A DNA stretch of 64,000 bases, from NCBI GenBank assembly GCA_963706025.1, contig CAVPLM010000005.1:288001-352000 (forward strand). The letters run 5' to 3'. The notes under the pieces were generated by a model that was not told the origin of the DNA, ran no database searches, and was given only the letters and a program-made list of their open reading frames with translations. The position numbers and the translations under genes were made by a program. Positions 18,636-30,365 of this stretch are shown one piece after another; position 1 is the first letter of the stretch; the number at the start of each line of letters is the position of its first letter. Source of the DNA: an uncultured Actinomycetes bacterium (lineage in GTDB: Bacteria > Actinomycetota > Thermoleophilia > RBG-16-64-13).

Positions 18636-19953
18636 ACGAGATCTTTAACCCCGAATACGAGACCATGAGCAGAGAAGGACTGCGGGAGCTGCAGTTCAAG
18701 CGGCTGCAGATGACCGTTCGCTGGGTCTACGAGAACGTCCCCTTTCATCGGGAGCGCTGGACGGCGATGAAGCTCAAGCCGGCCGACGTGCGCTCGCTGG
18801 AGGACCTGCGAAAGCTGCCCTTCACCAGCAAAGCCGATTTCAAGGCCGCCTACCCCTACGGACTCTTCGCTCTGCCGCTAGAGAAAGTCATCCGCATCCA
18901 TGCCACTTCAGGCATGATGTCGAATCCTACGGTCGTGGGTTACAGCCGCGGGGACCTGAACACCTGGTCGGAGATCTGCGCCCGGGCGGCAGTGGCCGGC
19001 GGGGCCCGATTCCACGATGTCGCCCAGATCGCCTACGACTACGGGCTCACCACCGGAGGGTTCGGCATGCACGCCGGGCTCGAACGGGTCGGGGCGACGG
19101 TGATCCCAGCCTCGACGGGCAACACCCAGCGCCAACTGCACATCATGCGCGACTTCAAGACCACGGTCCTGGTCTGCACTCCGTCGTACGCCATGCACAT
19201 CGTGGAGGTGGCCGCCGAGCTGGGTACGACTTCAAGGACCTGCGCCTGCGGGTGGGCCTGTTCGGGGCGGAGCCCTGGACCAATCAGCTCCGGGACGAGC
19301 TGGAGAAGCGCACCGGGATATCGGCCTGCGACACGTACGGTCTCTCGGAGGTCATCGGCCCCGGCGTCTCCTACGAATGCTGGAACAAGGACGGATTGCA
19401 CGTGAACGAGGACCACTTCTTGGTCGAGGTGGTCGATCCGGCCACCGGGGAGCCGGTGCCGGACGGCAAGGAGGGCGAGCTCGTCTTCACGTCGCTTACC
19501 AAGGAGGCGCTGCCCGTGATCCGGTATCGCACAGGCGACCTGGCGAGCCTGAGCAACCGCCCCTGCGCCTGCGGGCGGATGTTCGCCCGGCACAGCAAGG
19601 TCTACGCGCGGTCTGACGACATGCTCATAATCCGCGGTATCAACGTCTATCCTTCCCAGGTGGAAGCGGTGCTTCTGGATATCGAGAAGGTGGAGCCGCA
19701 CTATCAGATCGTGCTCTATCGCGAAGGGGCTCTCGACCAGATGGAGGTCCAGATCGAGGTGACGCCCTCGTTCCTCCCGGATGCCGTCAAGGAGCTCCAG
19801 GGGTTCCAGCAGCACGTCGAGGAACGTCTGCGTCAGGAGCTGGGCATCCGTCCCCGGGTGCGTCTGGTCGAGCCCAAGACCATCCCCCGCTCCACCGGGA
19901 AGGCAAAGAGAGTGATCGACAATCGGGGCCCGATTCGCGGTCCGGCGACGTAG
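18632..19953 (+). CDS. paaK: Phenylacetate-CoA ligase family protein, split by frameshift near 19223
   Basis: YPYGLFA, GLTTGG, CTPSYA, then GAEPW, YGLSEVIGPG, RYRTGD, RSDDMLIIRGINVYP, KAKRVID; one G missing in ctgggtacgac. Confidence 0.85.
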
Positions 19954-20064
19954 AGGCCGGGCAGGCGGCGAATGGGTGTCGACCTGGGCTTCTGATACAC
20001 TGCCGGGACGATAGTGATCCGCCGGGCCCCGCCCGGTTGTGCGGCCATTGCTCTGGAGGTCAAT

Positions 20065-21276
20065 GTGGAAAACCATGAGTTCCTGTTCACGTCGGAGTCG
20101 GTGAGCGAAGGTCATCCCGACAAGATCGCCGATCAGATCTCCGACGCGGTCCTGGACGCGGTGTTGAAGGACGATCCGCAGGGCCACGTGGCCTGTGAGA
20201 CCCTGATCACCACCGGTCTGGTGGTGGTCTCGGGCGAGATCACCACAGAGACCTACGTGGACGTGCCGGTCGTGGTGCGCAACACCATCGAGCGCATCGG
20301 CTACACCCGGGCCAAGTACGGCTTCGATGCCAACACCTGTGGGGTGATAACCACCATCCACGATCAATCGCCGGATATCGCCCAGGGCGTCCAGGCTGCC
20401 CTGGAGTGCCGTGTCGACCCTCAGGACCGCGATGCGCTCGATTGCCAGGGTGCCGGCGACCAGGGGATGATGTTCGGCTACGCGTGCCGCGACACCGACG
20501 AGCTTATGCCCATGCCGATCCTGCTGGCCCACCGGCTGGTCCATCGCATGAGCGAGGTGCGTAAGGGCGCCGTCTTGCCCTACCTGCGCCCCGACGGCAA
20601 GAGCCAGGTGACGGTCAGATACGCCGACGGCAAGCCCCAGTTCATCACAGCGGTCGTCGTGTCGACTCAACATATGGACGGCGTCGATATCGACACCCTG
20701 CTCAGGCCCGACCTCATCGAACACGTCATCCGGCCGGTACTGCCGGAGGGGCTGTACGACCCCGAGTTCAAGAAGACCACGCTGTACGTGAACCCGACGG
20801 GCAAGTTCGTCATCGGCGGGCCCATGGGCGACACCGGCCTAACGGGTCGCAAGATCATTGTGGATACGTATGGTGGTTTCGGCCGTCACGGCGGGGGCGC
20901 CTTCTCTGGGAAAGACCCGTCGAAGGTCGACCGCTCCGGCGCTTACGCGGCTCGCTACGTGGCCAAGAACATCGTGAAGGCGGGGTTGGCGGATCGTTGC
21001 GAGGTCCAGATCGCCTACGCTATCGGAGTGGCTCACCCGGTCAGCGTCATGGTCGACTGTTTTGGGACCGAGCGGGTAAGCCAGGCGACGATCCAAGAGC
21101 TGGTGCACAGTCATTTCGACCTGCGGCCCGCGGCCATCATCCGCGATCTGAGGCTGCTCAGGCCCATCTACGAGAAGACCGCCGCTTACGGCCATTTCGG
21201 CCGCGAAGACGCCGATTTCACCTGGGAGAGCACCGACAAGGCGGATGCCCTCCGCCGGGACGCCGGTCTGGAATAG
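20065..21276 (+). CDS. metK: S-adenosylmethionine synthetase
   Basis: [28 protein letters not shown]; RBS GGAGG. Confidence 0.98.
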   Translation: MENHEFLFTSESVSEGHPDKIADQISDAVLDAVLKDDPQGHVACETLITTGLVVVSGEITTETYVDVPVVVRNTIERIGYTRAKYGFDANTCGVITTIHDQSPDIAQGVQAALECRVDPQDRDALDCQGAGDQGMMFGYACRDTDELMPMPILLAHRLVHRMSEVRKGAVLPYLRPDGKSQVTVRYADGKPQFITAVVVSTQHMDGVDIDTLLRPDLIEHVIRPVLPEGLYDPEFKKTTLYVNPTGKFVIGGPMGDTGLTGRKIIVDTYGGFGRHGGGAFSGKDPSKVDRSGAYAARYVAKNIVKAGLADRCEVQIAYAIGVAHPVSVMVDCFGTERVSQATIQELVHSHFDLRPAAIIRDLRLLRPIYEKTAAYGHFGREDADFTWESTDKADALRRDAGLE

Positions 21277-21336
21277 CGGGATCCTCCCGATCTCCGTACC
21301 GCGCGCTTGCGGTCGAACAGCAAGCTGGAGGAGAGG

Positions 21337-23557
21337 GTGGCGCCGCCTTTGACGACAGAAGGCGGGAATGTGGTCCAGTTGGTTCCTCTGCTGAAGCTCC
21401 GCCACCTGGGCGACCGTCGCTTCGACTACCTGGTGCCGGCTGCACTGGCGGAGCGCGTTCAGGTCGGAGCGATAGTGACCGCGCCCTTCGGGCGCCGGCT
21501 GGTACGCGCCGTGGTGGTGGAAGAGAGCGGCTGCGGGGAGATGGACGCGGCCGGCCTCCGCTCCATCGAGGCGGTGGCCGACGAACGGGTGCCCGCACAA
21601 CTGCTCGATCTCGCCGGCGTCCTCGCGGAGAGGTATCTATCCTCGTTCGAATCGTGCCTGCGGTTGATGGTCCCCCCAGGGCTTGGTGCCCCTGAGAAGA
21701 CGGCCCTGACGCCGCGGAAGTCATGGGTGGTCCGACTTGCGGACGTGGGCTCTGGATCGGCTCAGGGGCGGGTGACTCCCAAGCAGCAGACGCTCTTGGA
21801 CGCCATCCCCGCGGGGGGTATCGCCATTCGTGGGTTGTGTGAGCAGGTGGGAGTGGGGCGGGGGGTCCTGCAGACGCTGGTCGCCAAGGGCTTGGTGGAG
21901 CTGCGCGAGGCGAGCGCGTCTGATCGGCCGGAGCCGATCGCCGGGATCCCGAGTGCCGCCGTGATCCCGCGGCTGGGCCTCGAACAGGAAGAGGCGGTGC
22001 GGCACCTACTGACTGCTTTCGAGACCCCCGGTTTCAGCCGCTATCTATTGTGGGGGGTGACAGGGAGCGGAAAGACCGAGGTCTACCTTCGTCTGCTCGA
22101 ACGAGTCCTCGAGCAGCGCGCGGGTGCGATCCTCCTGGTGCCCGAGATCGCGCTAACCCCGCAGATGATCGAGCGGGTGCGAGAGCGATTCGGTACTCGG
22201 GTGGGGGTGCTTCACAGCGGCCTTCCCAGGGGTGAGCGGGTCCGAGAATACCGGCGGATCGCCGGCGGCCAGGCCGCAATCGTCGTGGGGGCTCGTTCGG
22301 CCGTTTTCGCGCCGGTGCGGGATCTGCGCCTGATCATCATCGACGAGGCGCACGACGGCTCTTACAAACAGGAGGAAGAGCCACGCTATCACGCCGCCAC
22401 TGTGGCTCGGATGCGCCTGGAGCCGTTGGACGGACTGCTCCTGGAAGGGAGCGCGACCCCGTCGGTGGAGAGCATGCAGGAAGCCGGGGCGCGCCTGCGG
22501 CTGTCGCAGCGCGCCGCCGGGACGCAGCCGGTCTGCGAAGTGGTCGACATGCGCCGCCAAGGGGCCGGCCAGCTTCTCGCTCCTGTTTCGCGGGAAGCCC
22601 TGGCGGAGACGCTTCGACGTGGCGAGCAGGCCATCGTGCTCCTCAATCGCCGGGGTTATGCCGGGCACGTGCACTGCGATCTCTGCGGCCACGTGATGAT
22701 GTGCGAGGAGTGCGAGCTCTCGCTGACTTTTCACAAGCGGGTCCGGCGACTGCTCTGTCATCAGTGCGGACGGGCCTACGAACAGCCGGTCCTCTGTCCT
22801 TCGTGTGGGCGGGCGCCGTTGACGCGCTCGTCGCCGGGGACCGAGCGGCTGGACCAGGAACTGCGGGCCTTGGTCCCGCGCGAGCAGGTGTTCCGGATGG
22901 ATTCCGATATCCTCACCAGCGGCAACGCGGGTCAGCGGCATACTGCACGCCTTCGCAGGCGCCCGGCCCGGCGTCTTGGTCGGGACCCAGATGGTGGCCA
23001 AGGGACACGATTTCCCCGACGTGACGCTCGTGTTGGTGGCCGACGCCGATACCGGGCTCTATATGCCAGATTTTCGCGCTGCTGAGCGCACGTTCCAGTT
23101 GCTTACCCAGGTAGCGGGCCGGGCCGGACGCTCGGACAGGCCGGGACGGGTCCTGGTGCAAACCTGGAATCCGGATGTACCGTGTATTAGAATGGCGCTG
23201 GAGCGGGATGAACAGGCTTTCTATCGGGAAGAGCTCCAAGCGAGGGAACGCCTTGGCTACCCTCCGTTCATGGAACTCATTCGCCTGACGACGGTGGCCG
23301 CCGACGCGGAGCGGGCTCACGTGGGCGCTCGGTACCTCGCAGAGCGGCTGGCTCCGCACTTCTCCGCCCGAGAACTGCGGGGACCGGCACGGCTGCCGGT
23401 CATACGAGGCCGGAACAGGTGGCACCTGCTGGTGGCCTCGAGCGAAGGCGAGAGGGCGCGGGCGATAGTGGGTGAGGCCATGGCCCAGCTCGGAGAGCCA
23501 TATCGACGGCGAGGGGTGACTCTGTTGGTGGATGTCGACCCGCAGTCTTTCAGTTGA
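21337..23557 (+). CDS. priA: Primosomal protein N' (PriA), split by +1 frameshift near 22925
   Basis: GVTGSGKT, DEAH, four CxxC pairs, then GTQMVAKGHDFP, QVAGRAGR. Confidence 0.92.
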
Positions 23558-23585
23558 GGCGGCGGAGGGCACGATCGAGGTCTGG

Positions 23586-24140
23586 ATGAGCAAGCCAAAA
23601 GCGATCCCGCGAACCAGTTCCGCCCGGCAGACGCCGCTCGAGAGTCTCCGCACCTTCGGCGACCCAGTCCTCAAACAAGGGACCCGCCCGGTCACCGTGT
23701 TCGATTCGCGGTTGCAGAGGCTCGCGGCAATGATGTTCGAGGTGATGGAACGCGAGGAAGGCGTCGGCCTGGCGGCTCCTCAGGTCGGTACGCTGACCCG
23801 GATGATGGTTTGGAAGCATCCCGAGGGCGAATCGGAGCGGTACGTATACGTGAATCCACGGATCGTGGGGCAGTCCGAAACGTGTTGCACCGAGCCGGAA
23901 GGGTGTCTCTCTGTTCCCGGCGCCACTGTGGAGGTGACTCGCGCGGAAGAGGTCGACGTCGAAGCCCAGGATCTGAAGGGGACGACCTTCCAAGTCCACC
24001 TCACCGGGCTGCTGGCGCGGATCGTGCAGCACGAGGTAGACCACCTCGACGGCCGTTTGATCCTGGACCGGACCTCGCCCGAAGAACGGCGGCGGGTGCT
24101 GAAGGAGCTTCGTGAACGGGCGCTGGCCGGCGACCCGTGA
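23586..24140 (+). CDS. def: Peptide deformylase
   Basis: GVGLAAPQVG, EGCLSVP, QHEVDHLDG. Confidence 0.96.
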   Translation: MSKPKAIPRTSSARQTPLESLRTFGDPVLKQGTRPVTVFDSRLQRLAAMMFEVMEREEGVGLAAPQVGTLTRMMVWKHPEGESERYVYVNPRIVGQSETCCTEPEGCLSVPGATVEVTRAEEVDVEAQDLKGTTFQVHLTGLLARIVQHEVDHLDGRLILDRTSPEERRRVLKELRERALAGDP

Positions 24141-25123
24141 AATACGCCTTTGCCGGGACCCCTGAGTTCGCCGCCTGGGTGCTGGCGCATCTGGTCGCTC
24201 TTGGGCGGCGGCCGGCGATGGTCATCTCTCAGCCGGACCGGCCCCGGGGCCGGGGACGCAGGGCGGCGGCCCCGCCGGTGGTGGTCGAAGCGGAGCGGCT
24301 CGGTCTTGACTGCCTGCAGGAAGCGGACATCAACGACCCGGACGTTGTCACTCGCCTGGAAGCGGCCGGGGTCGGGACCTTGGTCGTCGCCGGATTCGGG
24401 CAGATGCTGCGGCAGCACCTGCTCGATTCACTGCGGTGCCTTAACGTTCACGCTTCACTCCTGCCCGCATACCGTGGTGCCGCACCCATCGAGCGCGCGC
24501 TGGCGGCCGGAGAGCCGAATATCGGGGTCAGCATCATGAGGATGGTGGAAGGTCTGGACGAAGGTCCTTGGGCCCTGCAGAGCTCGGTCTGCGTTGGGCT
24601 GCGAGACGATGCCGGCTCCGTCGCACGCGTCCTGGCGGTGCTGGGAGCCTGCGGGGTGGACCAGGTTCTGACCGGCCTGGCCGACGGCACTATCTCGTGG
24701 ACCGAGCAGCGGGGCGTCCCCACCTACGCCGCCAAGTTAGGTCCGTCCGACCAGCTACTGGACACTCTCCAGGACGCCAGGGTCGTGCACGACCAAGTCC
24801 GGTCGCTGAGCCCTGGCGTCGGGGCACGCGCGGAGGCTGCGGGCATGGGACTCAAGATCTGGCGGACGTGGCCTTATGGAGAGCCGGGACTGGATCCGGC
24901 GCCCGGCCCGGCGGCAGCCGTCTCGGGGGACCCGGGCAGACTGAAGATCTGGGGCGATAGGCTTTTCGTCGGGTGTGCGTCGGGAATGGTGGAGGTCCTG
25001 CTCATACAGCCGGCCGGGAAGGGCAAGATGCCCGCCGCCGACTTCCTCCGCGGCTACGCCAAACGCCTGGGCGAGCGGCTGGAACTGCCCCCTATCCAGG
25101 AGCCCCCATCCCGGCTTGAGTAG
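24137..25123 (+). CDS. fmt: Methionyl-tRNA formyltransferase
   Basis: FAGTPEFA, QPDRPRGRG, NVHASLLPAYRGAAPI. Confidence 0.96.
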   Translation: MKYAFAGTPEFAAWVLAHLVALGRRPAMVISQPDRPRGRGRRAAAPPVVVEAERLGLDCLQEADINDPDVVTRLEAAGVGTLVVAGFGQMLRQHLLDSLRCLNVHASLLPAYRGAAPIERALAAGEPNIGVSIMRMVEGLDEGPWALQSSVCVGLRDDAGSVARVLAVLGACGVDQVLTGLADGTISWTEQRGVPTYAAKLGPSDQLLDTLQDARVVHDQVRSLSPGVGARAEAAGMGLKIWRTWPYGEPGLDPAPGPAAAVSGDPGRLKIWGDRLFVGCASGMVEVLLIQPAGKGKMPAADFLRGYAKRLGERLELPPIQEPPSRLE

Positions 25124-25131
25124 GAGCTGAC

Positions 25132-25821
25132 ATGCCCGTACCCTCTTCCGTCTATACGGAGCTTCATCTTCTCCCCTCGATCCTTTCAGCCGATTTCTCT
25201 CGCCTGGGTGAGCAAGTATCCCTGGTGATGGACGCGGGAGTGCGGATGATCCACGTGGACGTCATGGACGGGCACTTCGTGCCCAACATCACCATTGGGC
25301 CGGTGGTGGTCGAGGCAGTCGCTCCCTTGGTGCACGAGCGAGGCGGCCTCCTCTCGGTACATCTGATGATCGAGAGACCGGAGGACTACCTGGAGGAATT
25401 CGTCCGAGCGGGCGCCGACGCGATCAGTGTTCATGTGGAGACGTGCCCTCATCTCTATCACGCCGTCCAGAGCATCAAGCGACTCGGCGCGGGGGCGGGG
25501 GTGGCCATCAATCCTGGTACCGAGTTGGACCGGGTCGAGGCCATCGTGCCGTTCGTGGACTACGCGCTGGTCATGACCGTCAATCCCGGGTTCGGAGGAC
25601 AGCGGTCCATCGCGTCCGCCATGGACAAGGTAGCGCCTCTGAGGCAGATGATGCCCGCCGGGACGGCTATCGAAGTGGACGGCGGGATCCATGACGGTAA
25701 CATCAGGCAGATGGTGGAAGCTGGGGCCAATTGGCTGGTGGCGGGATCGGCCGTGTTCGGGGCTGCAGACGTGGGAGCCGAGGCGCGAAGGCTGCGGGGC
25801 CTGATGACAGTTCAAGCGTAG
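25132..25821 (+). CDS. rpe: Ribulose-phosphate 3-epimerase
   Basis: PSILSADF, HVDVMDGHFVPN, MTVNPGFGGQ, VDGG. Confidence 0.96.
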   Translation: MPVPSSVYTELHLLPSILSADFSRLGEQVSLVMDAGVRMIHVDVMDGHFVPNITIGPVVVEAVAPLVHERGGLLSVHLMIERPEDYLEEFVRAGADAISVHVETCPHLYHAVQSIKRLGAGAGVAINPGTELDRVEAIVPFVDYALVMTVNPGFGGQRSIASAMDKVAPLRQMMPAGTAIEVDGGIHDGNIRQMVEAGANWLVAGSAVFGAADVGAEARRLRGLMTVQA

Positions 25822-25866
25822 CTGTGGTAGATTCTCTTTCGTAGAATCTGAAGCGAACCAAGATTT

Positions 25867-25978
25867 GGTCTTCGGGGTCGGGTGAGATTCCCTACCGGCG
25901 GTGACAGCCCGCGAGCCGGATATGGCAGACCAGGTGGGATTCCTGGGCCGACAGTGAAAGTCTGGAAGAGAGAAGACC
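25867..25978 (+). promoter_or_regulatory. FMN riboswitch (RFN element)
   Basis: GGTCTTCGGGG..GGTGAGATTCCC.ACCGGCGGT..AGCCCGCGA...CCGACAGT.AAAGTCTGGA.GAGAGAAGACC upstream of rib operon. Confidence 0.95.
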
Positions 25979-26002
25979 GGAGCGGCCTGCCTGCGCTCCC
26001 TC

Positions 26003-26036
26003 GACCCCTGGGCCTTGGGCTGAGGGGTTTTGTTTT
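26003..26036 (+). terminator. FMN riboswitch expression platform hairpin with U-tract
   Basis: GACCCCTGGGCC-TTG-GGCTGAGGGGTT-TTGTTTT. Confidence 0.7.
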
Positions 26037-27213
26037 GGTCTCAGGCGAACGGGACACGATCTTCATGGAACAGGCCCTGGCCCTGGCCGAAAAGGGTCAG
26101 GGTCAGGCCAGTCCCAACCCGCTGGTGGGCGCGGTGATCGTGAGTGGGGACCGGATCATCGGCGAGGGCTATCATGCCGGTCCCTGGCGGGACCACGCCG
26201 AGATCGACGCTATGAAGGATGCGCTTCGCCGGGCCGGCGGGTTGGAAGGGGACCCTGGGGATGGGCCGGCGCCGCTTTCCGGCGAAGTGCTCGCAGGGAC
26301 CACCATGTACGTGACCCTCGAGCCCTGTTGCACGTACGGCCGGACCCCCCCCTGCACGTCGGCGCTGATAGCCGCCGGTTTCGGCCGGGTCGTCGTGGGT
26401 GCTGTCGACCCTTCCCCGGAGGTCAACGGCCGGGGGTTGGAGCGATTGCGTGAGGCCGGGATCCAGGTGGATCTGGCCGAGGGTGAGCTGGCCCGGCGCC
26501 TCAAGCGGCAGAACAACGGGCTGCGAAAATCGGTGGCCACAGGCCTTCCCTTCGTCACCTACAAGTATGCGATGACTCTGGATGGCCGGGTGGCCACCGA
26601 CACGGGCGACTCGCGTTGGATCTCAGGCCCCGAGAGCCGGAAGTTGGTGCACCGCTGGCGGGCCTGGTCGGATGCGGTGTTGGTGGGCACCGGGACTCTG
26701 CGGAGAGACGACCCTTCTCTTACAGCGCGTGCAGTGGCGTGCCGGCGGCAGCCACTGCGCGTGGCGATAGACTCCGAGCTGGCCATCACGGTGGAAGCCG
26801 CCCTTGTGAAGACGGCCGGCGAAGGACCGGTGCTGTTGATCTGCGGGCCGGAGGTCACCGCGGCCCGGCGGGCGGAAGTAGAGGCATGGGGAGTGGAGAC
26901 GGCGGTAACTACGAGAGACGGGGTAGGGAGGCTCGGGCCCGAGGCCGTGGCGCGCCTACTGGCGGCGCGTGGTGTGCAGACGGTCCTGATGGAAGGCGGA
27001 CCGCGGCTGGCCGGGTCCTGGTGGGCCGCCGGCTTGATCGACAAGGTCGCGACCTTCGTCTGCCCCCAGCTCGTCTCGGGCCTCGAGAACCACGCGCCCC
27101 TGATCGGCGCTGGGTCGCAAGCTATCACGGACTGCGTGGAGCTCAGGGAGATCGAGGTGGAGCGCATCGGGTCCGACGTGCTCATCTCAGGCTACTCAAA
27201 GGAACCATTCTGA
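26035..27213 (+). CDS. ribD: Riboflavin biosynthesis deaminase/reductase
   Basis: PNPLVGAV, HAE, TLEPC..PPC, MEGG; TTG start (alternative ATG 26065). Confidence 0.95.
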   Translation: MVSGERDTIFMEQALALAEKGQGQASPNPLVGAVIVSGDRIIGEGYHAGPWRDHAEIDAMKDALRRAGGLEGDPGDGPAPLSGEVLAGTTMYVTLEPCCTYGRTPPCTSALIAAGFGRVVVGAVDPSPEVNGRGLERLREAGIQVDLAEGELARRLKRQNNGLRKSVATGLPFVTYKYAMTLDGRVATDTGDSRWISGPESRKLVHRWRAWSDAVLVGTGTLRRDDPSLTARAVACRRQPLRVAIDSELAITVEAALVKTAGEGPVLLICGPEVTAARRAEVEAWGVETAVTTRDGVGRLGPEAVARLLAARGVQTVLMEGGPRLAGSWWAAGLIDKVATFVCPQLVSGLENHAPLIGAGSQAITDCVELREIEVERIGSDVLISGYSKEPF

Positions 27214-27926
27214 TGTTCACGGGACTGGTGGAAGAGGTGGGAACCGTCAAGGGTCTCGAGCGGAGAGGGGATGGGGGCCGGTTGAGCATCAGGGCTCACC
27301 GGGTGATAGCCGGGACTCGCGTGGGAGATTCCATCGCGGTGAGTGGCGCGTGCCTGACGGTGGTCGAGACGCGCAGTGACGGCTTCGTGGTCGACTGCAT
27401 CGCCGAGACTCTTTCTCACACCACTCTGGGTGGGATCAGGACCGGGACCGAGGTGAATCTCGAACGCTCCCTGTCGTTCGGGGGGCGTCTTGGGGGACAT
27501 CTGGTCCTGGGGCACGTGGACGCAGTGGCGGAGATCCTCTCTGTGACGCAGGGGAGCCAGTCCTGGGATCTGCGGGTCTCGCTCCCCGAAGCAGTGCGGG
27601 GCTGCGTCGCCCCCAAGGGCTCGATCGCCCTCGACGGGATCTCGCTCACGGTGGTGGATGCGGATGGGGAGAGCTTCACGGTGGGCATCATCCCCCACAG
27701 TCTACGCGAAACGACTTTACGCAATGTAAAGACAGGCCTGCGGGTCAATGTGGAAGCAGATGTTTTGGCCAGGTATGTTCTTGGGGCTTTGCAGGTGTTA
27801 CAGGAGCAGACGGTCTCGGATAGGAGCCAGGCCCCCTCGGTTGGTGGAGGCGGGTCGTCCGGGCCTGGACCGCGACGTGAAGGTGGTTTGACAGAGGAAC
27901 TGCTGCGCGATCACGGGTTCGCATGA
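27213..27926 (+). CDS. ribE: Riboflavin synthase
   Basis: [31 protein letters not shown]. Confidence 0.95.
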   Translation: MFTGLVEEVGTVKGLERRGDGGRLSIRAHRVIAGTRVGDSIAVSGACLTVVETRSDGFVVDCIAETLSHTTLGGIRTGTEVNLERSLSFGGRLGGHLVLGHVDAVAEILSVTQGSQSWDLRVSLPEAVRGCVAPKGSIALDGISLTVVDADGESFTVGIIPHSLRETTLRNVKTGLRVNVEADVLARYVLGALQVLQEQTVSDRSQAPSVGGGGSSGPGPRREGGLTEELLRDHGFA

Positions 27927-27990
27927 TGGTAGACGGGAAACAAGACGCGACGCACGGGAGGCTCGCTGTGTGGCGCGGGGGAGGATATCG

Positions 27991-29253
27991 GTGAAAGACA
28001 GAGGGGCGCACTTCGCCACTATCGAGCAGGCTCTGGTCGAGATCAAGAATGGCCGCATGGTCGTGGTCGTAGACGATGAAGATCGCGAGAACGAGGGCGA
28101 TCTGACCATGGCGGCTCAGTTCGTCACAGCCCAGGCGGTCAACTTCATGGCCCTTCACGGACGGGGTTTGATCTGTCTCTCGCTCACGGCCGAGAGGGCC
28201 GAGACCCTCAACCTGGAGCCCATGGCTCGGGTCAACCAATCCCGCCTCGGGACGGCCTTCACGGTCTCGATCGAGGCTCGTGAGGGAGTGACGACGGGCA
28301 TTTCCGCGGCCGACCGGGCCCACACCATCCAGGTGGCCATAGACCCGGACAGCCGCCCGCACGACGTGGTGCAGCCGGGACACGTATTCCCCCTCATCGC
28401 AAAGCCTGGGGGCGTTCTTGCTCGGGCGGGCCAGACCGAGGCCGCCGTGGATCTTGCCCGGCTGGCGGGACTCACGCCGGCTGGGGTCATCTGCGAGATC
28501 ATGAACGAAGACGGCACCATGGCCAGGGTGCCCGATCTGGTGGAGTACTGCGAGCGCCACGGTCTGAAGATGATAACGGTAGCGGACCTCATCCGCTACA
28601 GGAGGCGGACCGAGAAGTTGGTACGGCAGGTGGCCGTGGTGAACCTGCCCACGAGATTCGGCGACTTCACCGCCTACGGCTACGAGAGTCTCCTGGACGG
28701 CGAGCAACATCTGGCCTTGGTGAAGGGAGAAGCAGCCGGACAGGCCGACGTGCTTGTCCGTGTCCACTCCGAGTGTCTCACCGGAGACGTGTTTCATTCC
28801 TTGCGCTGCGATTGTGGAGACCAGTTGATGACGGCGCTAGGACTCATCGAGCGGGAAGGCCGTGGTGTGTTGCTCTACATGGCTCAGGAGGGCCGGGGGA
28901 TCGGCCTGCTCAACAAGCTGCGAGCCTACGAACTGCAAGAACTGGGGCGAGACACCGTGGAGGCGAACGAGGAGTTGGGGTTCGCCCCCGATCTGCGCGA
29001 CTACGGTATCGGAGCCCAGATCCTTGTCGACCTGGGGCTGACCTCGATACGCATCATGACCAACAACCCCCGCAAACTCGTGGGTCTGGAGGGATATGGT
29101 CTCACCGTCACGGAGCGCGTGCCGTTGGAGGTCAAGCCGACCGATGAAAACCTCCGCTATCTGCGGGTGAAGAAGGAGAAGTTGGGACACATCCTCCATC
29201 ACCAGGGTCTGCAGTACGTCGAACGCGAAGGAAAGGACAAAGGGAATGACTGA
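27991..29253 (+). CDS. ribBA: DHBP synthase / GTP cyclohydrolase II
   Basis: [32 protein letters not shown]. Confidence 0.96.
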   Translation: MKDRGAHFATIEQALVEIKNGRMVVVVDDEDRENEGDLTMAAQFVTAQAVNFMALHGRGLICLSLTAERAETLNLEPMARVNQSRLGTAFTVSIEAREGVTTGISAADRAHTIQVAIDPDSRPHDVVQPGHVFPLIAKPGGVLARAGQTEAAVDLARLAGLTPAGVICEIMNEDGTMARVPDLVEYCERHGLKMITVADLIRYRRRTEKLVRQVAVVNLPTRFGDFTAYGYESLLDGEQHLALVKGEAAGQADVLVRVHSECLTGDVFHSLRCDCGDQLMTALGLIEREGRGVLLYMAQEGRGIGLLNKLRAYELQELGRDTVEANEELGFAPDLRDYGIGAQILVDLGLTSIRIMTNNPRKLVGLEGYGLTVTERVPLEVKPTDENLRYLRVKKEKLGHILHHQGLQYVEREGKDKGND

Positions 29254-29734
29254 AAAAGGGCGGGTCTTCGAAGGGGTTCTGAAGGGGGAGGGGCTGCGGC
29301 TCGCCCTAGTGGTAAGCCGGTTCAACGAGTTCATCAGCAGCAAGTTGCTCTCCGGGGCCTGGGACTGCCTCACCCGGCATGGGGTGGCCGACAAAGACAT
29401 CGACGTGGCCTGGGTGCCGGGAGCCATGGAGATCCCGTTCGTAGCCCAACGGTTGGTCCGGACCGAGAGATACGACGCCGTCATCTGCCTGGGGGCGGTC
29501 ATCCGGGGCTCGACCCCCCACTTCGACTATGTCGCGGCCGAAGTGGCCAAAGGAGTCGCGAAGGTGCAGCTGGACGCCGGCGTCCCCGTCATCTTCGGGG
29601 TCTTGACCACGGATAGCATAGAGCAGGCGGTGGAGCGGGCGGGCACCAAGGCGGGCAACAAGGGCTGGGATGCGGCGGTCTCCGCTCTGGAGATGGCCAA
29701 CCTAGTGAAGAACCTGGATCAGGCTGACGGCTGA
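29246..29734 (+). CDS. ribH: Lumazine synthase
   Basis: [27 protein letters not shown]. Confidence 0.96.
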   Translation: MTEKGRVFEGVLKGEGLRLALVVSRFNEFISSKLLSGAWDCLTRHGVADKDIDVAWVPGAMEIPFVAQRLVRTERYDAVICLGAVIRGSTPHFDYVAAEVAKGVAKVQLDAGVPVIFGVLTTDSIEQAVERAGTKAGNKGWDAAVSALEMANLVKNLDQADG

Positions 29735-29792
29735 GGGCTGAGGAACAAGCGCCCGACGGCTCCGGCACGGGTCCGGAGCCACGAGGGTGCTG

Positions 29793-29984
29793 TCAGGCTA
29801 CCTTTTCCACCTTGTGGGCCTTGAGGCACTTGGTGCACACGTACGCCCGCACAGGCTTGCCGTCCAACTGGATGCGTACCTTCTGCACGTTGGGATCCCA
29901 ACGCCGCGGGGTGGCACGCATGGAGTGACTCCTGTTGTTGCCAAAACTCGGCTTCTTGCCGCAGATCACGCATATCTTAGACAT
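29793..29984 (-). CDS. rpmB: 50S ribosomal protein L28 (zinc-binding type)
   Basis: MSKICVICGKKPSFGNNRSHS...VCTKCLK. Confidence 0.95.
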   Translation of the reverse strand: MSKICVICGKKPSFGNNRSHSMRATPRRWDPNVQKVRIQLDGKPVRAYVCTKCLKAHKVEKVA

Positions 29985-30146
29985 GTGGCTGCTTGTCCTT
30001 CGTCGAATTGCCCAAGCTGGAGAGAGCGCCATAGTATGCCGCAGGTCCATGCGGTCTGACAAGGGCCACAGAGACGGCGGCTCCGGCCGGCATCCGGTAG
30101 GGTAGAATACGACACATCTGTCGAGCGCGACCGGGGAAGAGGTGAG

Positions 30147-30365
30147 ATGGCGATCTTCACCAAAGACATGTCGATAATGGAGGCCCTGCAGGCCGACCCC
30201 CGCGCGCGGGAGGTCTTCACCGCCTACGGCATGGGATGCACCGGATGCATGGGTGTGAGCATGGAATCCATCGAGGACGGGGCCAAAATGCACGGCCTCG
30301 ATACGGCGGTCGTCCTCGCCGACCTCAACAAACTCGCTTCCGCGGAACAGTCCCAGCCCGAATGA
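30147..30365 (+). CDS. DUF1858-like small redox domain protein
   Basis: FTKDMSI..GMGCTGC..ESIEDGAKMHG. Confidence 0.8.
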   Translation: MAIFTKDMSIMEALQADPRAREVFTAYGMGCTGCMGVSMESIEDGAKMHGLDTAVVLADLNKLASAEQSQPE

